DNA from: an uncultured Legionellales bacterium
GTDB lineage: Bacteria; Pseudomonadota; Gammaproteobacteria; Eutrophobiales; Eutrophobiaceae
NCBI GenBank assembly: GCA_913046215.1
Contig: CAJWRJ010000001.1
Location: 72,897 to 136,896, forward strand
Reading direction: 5' to 3'
Length of the DNA: 64,000 nt
Shown: piece after piece, positions 41,380 through 48,907 of the stretch
Layout: every line of letters starts with the position of its first letter
Numbering within the stretch: position 1 is the first letter of the stretch
Notes under the pieces: generated by a model
Seen by the model: only the letters and a program-made list of their open reading frames with translations
What the model was told of the DNA's origin: nothing
The model's database searches: none
Made by a program: the position numbers and the translations under genes

Positions 41380-43788
41380 TCACTCGCTCCCGTCTCTAAT
41401 AAAGTCCATGAATTCGTCTGGTTTGACACGTATCGCCGCCCCAGTTGGGCAAGCACGCACACAAGCAGCACCACCTTTAATATCCTTACACATATCGCAC
41501 TTAACTGCTGTTTTGCGAGCATCCTCCGGTGCTCTTTCTCGGTAACCATAGTCTTCGCCTGGTCCAGGACCTTTTCCAAAAAGAAGCCAAGAAAACAAAT
41601 TTGGTTTTTCTGGTGGTTCAGGCGCCATTTGAATTACCCCATATGGGCAATTTTTTTGGCAGTTACCACAACCAATACAGTCATTTGTAATGTAAACTTC
41701 ACCGTCAGGGTTTCTTTTAATAGCATCGGGAGGACAGTCCGTCATACAGTGCGGATGTTCGCAATGTCGGCAACTTGTTGGAACATGCACGTTTGCAAAT
41801 GTTGGTCCTGCCTCACGATTTAATCTCGAAATACCCCTGTGTGTCTCGGCACAGGCTTTTTCACAATTATCACATCCAACACATAACGATTCGTTTATTA
41901 AAAGCACATCAGTTGCTTCACCTATACCTTCTCCCATTAAAAATTCTACAATACTTCCAGCCTCAGGTTGCTCTATCATTTTTTCTGTTGAAACAATACG
42001 TTCACCATATTTCTCTTCGATTTCTTTTTGAAGAGAAGGATTTTCATCAACTAATTTGCGGAAGATTTCACCATCTATCTTAATTGTTTCACAATCAACC
42101 GCGGCTTTAATTGTTGCTGTTCGATTTAAATCTGACATTAATGCCATTTCCCCAACATAATTACCTGCAGCGACGTAAGCAAGGGTTACCTCCTTACCAC
42201 CTATTCGTTTCGATACCATCACTGAGCCTTTACTTATGAGATAAAGCGCATCACCCTCATCACCCTCATTAAATATAACTTTACCTTTACGAAAGGTTTC
42301 TATTGAAGCTGAGTCTGCCAATTTTTGTATTGCATTAATGTCGAGGGCGCTTGCGATATAAGTTTGAATTTGCCTTACGATAGCCTCTTTATCCATAGAA
42401 TTTCGTAAAGAACGGACATCCTCTCTTAATTTAAGCATCGTACGACGAGGCGTTTCAATTAATATCGTATCATCTGCATTAGATAAAATTGTTGCCGAAC
42501 GTCTACGACCCGATATTAATCCCACTTCTCCAAAAAATGCACCTTGCTCCAAGACAACAAACTTAGATGGATCATCCTCGCTAGTTTGTATTTTGACTGA
42601 GCCCCTGAATATTGTGTAGACACTATTCGTATAATCTCCCCGTTCAAAAATTACTGTTCCATTAGGCGGCGCAGTTACGGTTGATTCAACTAACATTTCT
42701 CTTTCCATTAATGGGTTTAGTTCTTCAAATATAGGAAGTCTTGCCCTCACTTCTTTTAAAAAAGAATCATTATCAAAATCCTTTATATCTTTTAAAGTTT
42801 TAGTAATTATTGGTTCATCAGCTGGATCTAATTCCGTGTTACCGTTGATATATTCAATGACTTCATAACCCTGATTTATTGCATGTTTAATTAACGGATA
42901 TCCACCTAAGGAGCCAACTATATATAGGCCTTTAACATTTGATTCGTAGGTTTTGCTTACTTCTGGCAACGCGCTGCGTGCATCAGATGGAAAAGTAACT
43001 CCACAGGCTTCAACAAACTTTCGTGGCGGTGCTGCACCAAGTCTAGCAATCACTCTGTCACACTCTATTGTTACATCGCCATCAGGCGTATCAAAAGTTA
43101 ATGTTCCTTCCGAACATTCCTTTGAACTACTATTGTATAGGGGAGTAATACGTCCTCTATCAATTTCAGCTAAAATAGCCGCTTCATTTGCTTCTTTTGC
43201 ACGTGAAAATTCATTACCACGATTAGCTATATAAACTGTGTTATGCGTACACAAACCAAGTGCATTTTCTATTGCAGCATCACCCGCACCGATAACAATG
43301 ATAGTTTCATGCTCATATTCATCTGGGTCATCTAATTGATATTGAATATGCGTGACATCATCTATTCCAGGTATTCGTAAAGTATTCAGATTACCTTGAA
43401 GACCTATTGCAAGAACGATTGATTCTACTTTAATAATATCTTTATTTTTTAGTGTAAGCTCAAACTTTCCTTTTGTTCCTGAAACAGATTTAACTTCAGA
43501 ATTGTATAGAATATTAACTTGGTGATTTTTTAATGCTAGATTCCATCTATCGAGAACATCTTCTCTGCTTCCCATTTTAAAATCGATATCTGAACGCAAG
43601 GGAAGCACGTCCGGAGTTGCCATAACATGCTTACCTTTTTGAAACTTGTAAATTGTGTCCGATACATGATCTGCTTTTTCAATTAATACATGTCGTAAAC
43701 CTAATACAGATGCATGCGCTGCTGCACTAAGACCAGCTGGTCCAGAACCTATTATTGCAACTTGAAAAATTGATTCTTTACTCGCCAT
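41380..43788 (-). CDS. FAD-dependent pyridine-nucleotide oxidoreductase fused to two cyclic-nucleotide-binding domains and a poly-[4Fe-4S] ferredoxin domain
   Basis: 802 aa. Rossmann fold VAIIGSGPAGLSAAAHA plus a second dinucleotide site IIVIGAGDAAIENA. Two cNMP-binding segments (FFGEVGLISGRRRSATI; YVGEMALMSDLNRTATIKA). C-terminal Cys clusters CVGCDNCEKAC, CRHCEHPHCMTDCP, CIGCGNCQKNCP and CDMCKDIKGGAACVRACP. Confidence 0.8.
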   Translation of the reverse strand: MASKESIFQVAIIGSGPAGLSAAAHASVLGLRHVLIEKADHVSDTIYKFQKGKHVMATPDVLPLRSDIDFKMGSREDVLDRWNLALKNHQVNILYNSEVKSVSGTKGKFELTLKNKDIIKVESIVLAIGLQGNLNTLRIPGIDDVTHIQYQLDDPDEYEHETIIVIGAGDAAIENALGLCTHNTVYIANRGNEFSRAKEANEAAILAEIDRGRITPLYNSSSKECSEGTLTFDTPDGDVTIECDRVIARLGAAPPRKFVEACGVTFPSDARSALPEVSKTYESNVKGLYIVGSLGGYPLIKHAINQGYEVIEYINGNTELDPADEPIITKTLKDIKDFDNDSFLKEVRARLPIFEELNPLMEREMLVESTVTAPPNGTVIFERGDYTNSVYTIFRGSVKIQTSEDDPSKFVVLEQGAFFGEVGLISGRRRSATILSNADDTILIETPRRTMLKLREDVRSLRNSMDKEAIVRQIQTYIASALDINAIQKLADSASIETFRKGKVIFNEGDEGDALYLISKGSVMVSKRIGGKEVTLAYVAAGNYVGEMALMSDLNRTATIKAAVDCETIKIDGEIFRKLVDENPSLQKEIEEKYGERIVSTEKMIEQPEAGSIVEFLMGEGIGEATDVLLINESLCVGCDNCEKACAETHRGISRLNREAGPTFANVHVPTSCRHCEHPHCMTDCPPDAIKRNPDGEVYITNDCIGCGNCQKNCPYGVIQMAPEPPEKPNLFSWLLFGKGPGPGEDYGYRERAPEDARKTAVKCDMCKDIKGGAACVRACPTGAAIRVKPDEFMDFIRDGSE

Positions 43789-44090
43789 GTGGTGATTTTT
43801 TCCCTTTAATTTATTGCAAATTATATCTATTTTTCTTATTCAGGAATGCCAACTATTTTTGCAAAGATTAACAAAAAAATCAGGTCTTTACTTCAATATA
43901 CTAATTATTTTTTTAGTTTTTTTTACTAATTTGACTCAATTTCTATCTAATATATCATTCGGGGCCTAATCTGTATGAGCGCAAACTTACTGTTTGTATA
44001 TTAATTATTACCATAAATTCCTCTGGCAGGTATTAAATACCAAGCCTTTGGTTTATATTATAATGGGAAGTTTACATCAAGATTTGAAAT

Positions 44091-44167
44091 GCGCCCGTAG
44101 CTCAGTTGGATAGAGTACCTGGCTACGAACTAGGGGGTCGGAGGTTCGAATCCTTCCGGGCGCGCCA
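44091..44167 (+). tRNA. tRNA-Arg (anticodon ACG)
   Basis: GCGCCCGTAGCTCAGTTGGATAGAGTACCTGGCTACGAACTAGGGGGTCGGAGGTTCGAATCCTTCCGGGCGCGCCA. 77 nt canonical cloverleaf, close to E. coli argV. Confidence 0.92.
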
Positions 44168-44197
44168 TTTTATTTGTATAGAGGAATTTAATTTTTC

Positions 44198-44926
44198 TTA
44201 CTGTCGCCTTTTAAGCCACATCCAAATACCGGTAGCGGAAATAACAAGCATTAGAATTGCAACCAGATCCATAAAGTAGGTACCCCATTTTCCTACAACA
44301 CGGCCGCTATGCATATCAAGCAATACTCTTTCAATTGTCAGACCTTTGCCGCGGTACTCGTTAAAAATAGCAATTCTTAGTTTCTCGGATATATTATTTG
44401 ATGTGTCCGACCAATTTGCAGAAAGCAGATCATGTTCATTCCAGTTCAAAATATCCAAATTGACGCGATAATAACCATGTGCCGATTTAATTATTACATT
44501 ATCCTTATCATCAACACCAATTGCTTTCATCCCTGCGGGAACACCCTCGGCACCTGATAAAGATTCTAAAAGTTTACCGTCTTCAGTAAGCACCATTAAT
44601 TTTCCATCATAACCAACGACAAATGTGTTATTTATATAAACAACACCAATTAGGTTTTCTACATTAGTAATAATTTCTATGTCATTGAAATAAACACGTT
44701 GACCAAGTTGTGTTATCCAGTTGTTATTGTAGGAAGGGTATGCGATAGGTTCGGAGTTTGGGCTAATTTGATAAAGATCAAGCAACCATTCCATCTTTAT
44801 AAATGTTGTATTTAACTTGAACTTTTCACTGTGGTTTAATGCGATACCGCTAATAGCAAGAAAAATAACAAATATTACGATGAATATTCCTATCTTTTTG
44901 TGCCACCTTTGTATAAAAAGAAACAT
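44198..44926 (-). CDS. PepSY-associated TM-helix family membrane protein (two TM helices flanking a periplasmic domain)
   Basis: 242 aa. N-terminal QRWHKKIGIFIVIFVIFLAISGIALNH and C-terminal LDMHSGRVVGKWGTYFMDLVAILMLVISATGIWMW are typical PepSY_TM helix signatures with conserved His. Confidence 0.6.
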   Translation of the reverse strand: MFLFIQRWHKKIGIFIVIFVIFLAISGIALNHSEKFKLNTTFIKMEWLLDLYQISPNSEPIAYPSYNNNWITQLGQRVYFNDIEIITNVENLIGVVYINNTFVVGYDGKLMVLTEDGKLLESLSGAEGVPAGMKAIGVDDKDNVIIKSAHGYYRVNLDILNWNEHDLLSANWSDTSNNISEKLRIAIFNEYRGKGLTIERVLLDMHSGRVVGKWGTYFMDLVAILMLVISATGIWMWLKRRQ

Positions 44927-44956
44927 ACACCTATTCTAGGATGCAATTATTTATTT

Positions 44957-45484
44957 TCAATTTTTATTATCGATATATTGATCTAGAAATAGAGCTAGAC
45001 GTGCTAATTTTATCAAAGCATCAACTGACAATGTTGCTCCACTAATACCATCAATTTTTCTATCTAATTTTGTATCAGCCTTAAGAGAGGCATCTGCAAA
45101 TTGTTCTGTAAAAAAAGGATATCTTACTTCCCATCCTCTTGATTCTCTAAAAACTAGTACTTTCACATCTAGAATCTTTCCTTTTGAAGTAACATATCCA
45201 GTCGTAATTGGCTTGTCTCTGCCAATTCTCTCTAAAATCCAGGCTTTTTTAGACCCATCATCCCAATATCGAAGTCGTAATGGCTTGAATTCATCTCCCA
45301 GTATTTTTTTTATTTCTTTCTTTAGCTCTTTTTTAAGCCATAGTTTTTTTGGATTTGGAGGGTTATTGTTAAACACGTCCGATAAAAATTTTTCAGGTTC
45401 TAAGTAAGTTCCCTTTGCATAAGAGTGTAAACTCCAACTCTGAGTTAGTAGAAATAAAAAGATATATAAAGTCAGTTTTGTCAT
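44957..45484 (-). CDS. secreted FMN-binding domain protein (predicted ApbE flavinylation target)
   Basis: 175 aa with a signal peptide. The C-terminal KIDGISGATLSVDAL matches the D-x-[ST]-G-A-T-x-[ST] motif of NqrC/RnfG-type FMN_bind domains, whose Thr (here T151) is covalently flavinylated. Confidence 0.65.
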   Translation of the reverse strand: MTKLTLYIFLFLLTQSWSLHSYAKGTYLEPEKFLSDVFNNNPPNPKKLWLKKELKKEIKKILGDEFKPLRLRYWDDGSKKAWILERIGRDKPITTGYVTSKGKILDVKVLVFRESRGWEVRYPFFTEQFADASLKADTKLDRKIDGISGATLSVDALIKLARLALFLDQYIDNKN

Positions 45485-45589
45485 ATTTAGTTATAAGCCT
45501 ACAAAAAAAATAGGGCACTTACAAAAGTGCCCTAAATATATCACCACGAGGATATTACCGTTGGTACGATAATTCTTAAAATTTATTAT

Positions 45590-46756
45590 TTAGAACGAAT
45601 ACCCTACACCAAGATAGAAGTTATCTGTGGTTGTATTATCATCAACATCTTTAACCGATTCAAAGGTACCTTTGAAAACTACCTTTGGATGTGGCCAGAT
45701 ATTAAAACCTGTTGAGGTACGTTCTTCTTCGTTTCTAGAGCCTGTAAAACCTCTGTCTATGTCTTCGTATCTGATGTAGACACCTACGTCGGTATTACTA
45801 TTACCCACAGTCCAACGATAGGCTGGCTCAACATACCAACCTTCTGAGTCTTTACCATCAGCTGATAAGTTCTTATTCATATCCCATCCCGCATAAAGAG
45901 CGCGGAAACCTAAACCCGAGCTATGTTTATAATCGACATGAGTTGTAAATAAGTGAGCATCATTTCCTGATACTAGTTCACCACCGATGTTACTTTGGAA
46001 TTGGTATGAAGCAGATAATTCAAGACCTGGAACACCGGTATAACGGAGTCGACCAGTTGCTGCCGGATATTCTGCGTTTGCTTCTGCTACCTTTTGTCTA
46101 CCAGATCGTATGTTGCTACTCGTTTCTAACCCTGAGTGAAGTACGATGTCATAGTTAACACCTGGTGCAACTTCCCCATTGAAACCAAAACCTGCTTCCC
46201 ACCAAGTTGAAGGAATGATTCTTTTTTCTACTTCATTTCGCTCAACTCCATAGAATGTATTAGGTTCATGTGTAACATTCAACATACCAACAGGTAGAAT
46301 ATCAAGACCGGCACGGAAATGATGATTTTCACTAAGGTCAATTTCAATCCATGCTTGTTCTAATTCAACCTCACCTTCTTTACCCTCTCCAGCTAATGAA
46401 TGCTCTAATTCCCATTCTGAGAAGAAGTGGATGTTATCGGTGTAGTCATGACCTATGTATAGGACATAACGGTGGAAGTCGACTTGATCTGTTCCATCAC
46501 CAAATTTGTAATGAAGTTCACCATAGCCGCCCATCTGAGTTTTATCAGCCCAATTACCAGTTGCACCACCAGCACCAGATTCTACAGCTTCTGCGGTAGC
46601 ATCAAGTTGCTCCTGGAGCTCTTCAATAACTTTTTGCTGTTCTTGTATAGTTTGCCACATTTCTTCTGCTGTCGGTGCTGCTTTAGCGGCAGAGACAGTA
46701 AAAAACATGAATAGAATCATGTAGATAACTCTATTAATGTGATTATTCGTATTCAT
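45590..46756 (-). CDS. outer-membrane beta-barrel porin-like protein
   Basis: 388 aa. Signal peptide (an alternative start is MILFMFFTVSAAKA at 46720), an N-terminal coiled-coil (WQTIQEQQKVIEELQEQLDA), alternating amphipathic strands, and a C-terminal ...NFYLGVGYSF. Confidence 0.6.
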   Translation of the reverse strand: MNTNNHINRVIYMILFMFFTVSAAKAAPTAEEMWQTIQEQQKVIEELQEQLDATAEAVESGAGGATGNWADKTQMGGYGELHYKFGDGTDQVDFHRYVLYIGHDYTDNIHFFSEWELEHSLAGEGKEGEVELEQAWIEIDLSENHHFRAGLDILPVGMLNVTHEPNTFYGVERNEVEKRIIPSTWWEAGFGFNGEVAPGVNYDIVLHSGLETSSNIRSGRQKVAEANAEYPAATGRLRYTGVPGLELSASYQFQSNIGGELVSGNDAHLFTTHVDYKHSSGLGFRALYAGWDMNKNLSADGKDSEGWYVEPAYRWTVGNSNTDVGVYIRYEDIDRGFTGSRNEEERTSTGFNIWPHPKVVFKGTFESVKDVDDNTTTDNFYLGVGYSF

Positions 46757-46819
46757 AAATATCCCTCTCTATTTACTAAAAAACTAGTTTTTTACATGTA
46801 ATTGAATAAGAATAATAAC

Positions 46820-46860
46820 CTAAATGATAATCATTATCAATACAAATGATAATTATTATC
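46820..46860. promoter_or_regulatory. two tandem Fur-box-like sites
   Basis: GATAATCATTATC at 46826-46838 is an exact match to positions 7-19 of the 19-bp Fur consensus GATAATGATAATCATTATC. GATAATTATTATC at 46848-46860 has one mismatch. Both lie 70-100 bp upstream of the start of the minus-strand porin operon. Confidence 0.6.
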
Positions 46861-46987
46861 GATATAGAAAGAAATTAGAGCTTTAATTTTTTTACATATA
46901 AAATGATGTTTTATTTTTTAGTAGTTACGACTAATATGAGTAAGAAAATTTTATATAAATTAAGTAAATTAAAAGGAGTTCAGTAAG

Positions 46988-47194
46988 ATGAGTAGCGGTA
47001 AAGTTAAGTGGTTTAACGAATCGAAAGGTTTTGGTTTTATTGAGCCGGATGAGGGTGGAGATGATATCTTCGTTCATTTTTCGTCAATTAAAGCCGAAGG
47101 TTTTAAAACATTAAATGAAGGGCAGGCTGTAACGTACAATGCAGAGCAAGGACCAAAGGGTCTGCATGCAGTTGAAGTCGAAGTGACCTCTTAA
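46988..47194 (+). CDS. cspA: cold-shock protein (CspA family)
   Basis: 68 aa, [34 protein letters not shown], with RNP1/RNP2 motifs. Confidence 0.95.
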   Translation: MSSGKVKWFNESKGFGFIEPDEGGDDIFVHFSSIKAEGFKTLNEGQAVTYNAEQGPKGLHAVEVEVTS

Positions 47195-47268
47195 ATAAGC
47201 ATTTAGAAATTTTTTACAACTATCAAAGCTAAGTGCAATATCTTTTGTTCACATCCCACAAAGGACGC

Positions 47269-47294
47269 AAGATAAATAATTATCTTTTAATTTT
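47269..47294 (+). terminator. weak AT-only hairpin + T-tract downstream of cspA
   Basis: AAGATAA-ATAA-TTATCTT followed by TTAATTTT. The stem is entirely A/T, so stability is low. Confidence 0.25.
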
Positions 47295-47344
47295 GTTCAT
47301 CATATACAACATGACCATATAGTGAAATTATTAGGTGTCTATAG

Positions 47345-47530
47345 ATGAATTTATGGGAACAAATTTTACTTGGAATGGTCGCAGTTATTGTGACATTTTT
47401 ATTCTGGCCCGGAATAAAAAAAGCTATTGAACAAAGTAAAAACGTAGAAAATCCTGATTGGGCGGGCGCATTGATACCAATAGGTGTCGTTGTTTTATTT
47501 ATCATATTTCTGATTTCGGTATCAGGATGA
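47345..47530 (+). CDS. small 2-TM membrane protein, hypothetical
   Basis: 61 aa with two hydrophobic helices. Confidence 0.3.
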   Translation: MNLWEQILLGMVAVIVTFLFWPGIKKAIEQSKNVENPDWAGALIPIGVVVLFIIFLISVSG

Positions 47531-47591
47531 TAGAAACGACAGCTTTAAAATTTAATTATATATAGTAAACAAATTACAACACGAGGATGCT

Positions 47592-47990
47592 ATGCATTTA
47601 TGTAAAAAGGTATTTTTTATATTATCGAGTCTAATATTATTCAACCCATTACAAGTGTCTGCTGATGATCATGAAGCAATGCTTACTGCGGGTGAATTAC
47701 TGTCAGGGTGTGAGGAAAATTCCTCACCTGGTGCACCCAACCAGTATTGTATGCGATACCTTTTTGGGTTGATTCAAACTGTACTTACGCTCCAGCAGGC
47801 AGATCAAAGCCCACCGATTTTTTGCATAGATCCACAAGTTACGCCTATACAAGAGGCTACCGACAATATGATTGCACATCTGCGAAGTCAGTCCTCGCGT
47901 TCAAATGAGGATGCACAGAAAATAGTTTTAGAGGGGCTCAATAAAAATTATCCTTGTTCAAATCAATCGAAAAAACCAACCTATCACTAG
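47592..47990 (+). CDS. secreted Cys-containing hypothetical protein
   Basis: 132 aa. Signal peptide (ILFNPLQVSA/DD) and four Cys in the mature region. No recognisable motif. Confidence 0.4.
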   Translation: MHLCKKVFFILSSLILFNPLQVSADDHEAMLTAGELLSGCEENSSPGAPNQYCMRYLFGLIQTVLTLQQADQSPPIFCIDPQVTPIQEATDNMIAHLRSQSSRSNEDAQKIVLEGLNKNYPCSNQSKKPTYH

Positions 47991-48083
47991 AGAATTTAAA
48001 TCAAGTTACATGGTTGGCTCCATTTGTATGAACTAAGCGCTGATATTTATGTCTCTTAATTATAATTTCAACAAGGGTTCATC

Positions 48084-48893
48084 ATGAAAAATATAGTTAA
48101 GTTGTCGCCAATGATTTTTCTGGCCTTCTTCATATCTGTCTCTGCCGCTGATTTTGATGAAGTATATAGCGCATATGAAAAACAAAAATATGATATAGCT
48201 CTAGAGGGTTTTCTTGAGCTTGCAAATGAAAATCATATGGAATCTCAATATTACCTTGGCACTATGTATCGTGAAGGAGAGGGCGTTGATCAGGACTATT
48301 CAAAGTCGCTTGAGTGGTATCTCAAGGCAGCTAATCTTGGAAGCAAAGGCGCACAGCACAATGTAGCATTGTTTTATCACAATGGTATATCAGTCGATCA
48401 GAATATTGCCAAAGCTCTTGATTGGTACTATAAATCAGCGAACCAGGATTACATCCCATCGCAAATAAATATTGCCAAAATTTTTTATAGCGGTCAGGGA
48501 GTAAGTGAGAATATTCCTGAAGCGATAAAGTGGTGGAATAAAGCAGCTGAGCTTGGAAGTAAAGGTGCACAACATAATCTCGGGCTAATGTATTTTCTCG
48601 GGCAGGGCGTAGAGAAAGATTTATCAAAAGCTAGAGAATGGTACTTACTTGCAGCCAAACAAGGCTCGAAAGAAGCTCAGAATAGTATGGGTTTTATGTA
48701 TTTCGAAGGTAAAGGAGTTAAAAAAGATTTGATTGAAGCTTATGCGTGGTTTCAGTTGGCTGCAGTTACGACAGACTTTCAACAAGCTAAACTGAATTCT
48801 AGTATTGTTGAGGCGAATCTAAATACAGAGGAGTTGCAAGAAGCAAAGGAAAGAGCGCAGAAATATATTTCACTTTATGCAGTTGGTGATTAA
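48084..48893 (+). CDS. secreted Sel1-repeat (TPR-like) protein
   Basis: 269 aa with a signal peptide and at least six repeats of A-x-x-Y-x-x-G-x-G-V-x-x-D-x-x-[KE]-A-x-x-W-[YF]-x-x-A-A-x-x-G. Confidence 0.85.
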   Translation: MKNIVKLSPMIFLAFFISVSAADFDEVYSAYEKQKYDIALEGFLELANENHMESQYYLGTMYREGEGVDQDYSKSLEWYLKAANLGSKGAQHNVALFYHNGISVDQNIAKALDWYYKSANQDYIPSQINIAKIFYSGQGVSENIPEAIKWWNKAAELGSKGAQHNLGLMYFLGQGVEKDLSKAREWYLLAAKQGSKEAQNSMGFMYFEGKGVKKDLIEAYAWFQLAAVTTDFQQAKLNSSIVEANLNTEELQEAKERAQKYISLYAVGD

Positions 48894-48907
48894 ATTTGTA
48901 CATATTG

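Noticed and set aside
43975-44010. CTGTATGAGC, identical to one half of the E. coli recA SOS box, upstream of the oxidoreductase operon
   Set aside because: There is no partner ACAG at N8 spacing and no palindromic structure. A single half-site in AT-rich DNA is not evidence for LexA binding.
47287-47505. 72-aa minus-strand ORF overlapping the 61-aa plus-strand small membrane ORF
   Set aside because: The two are mutually exclusive and neither has homology signals. The plus-strand ORF at least has two clean TM helices, so I kept only it, at low confidence.
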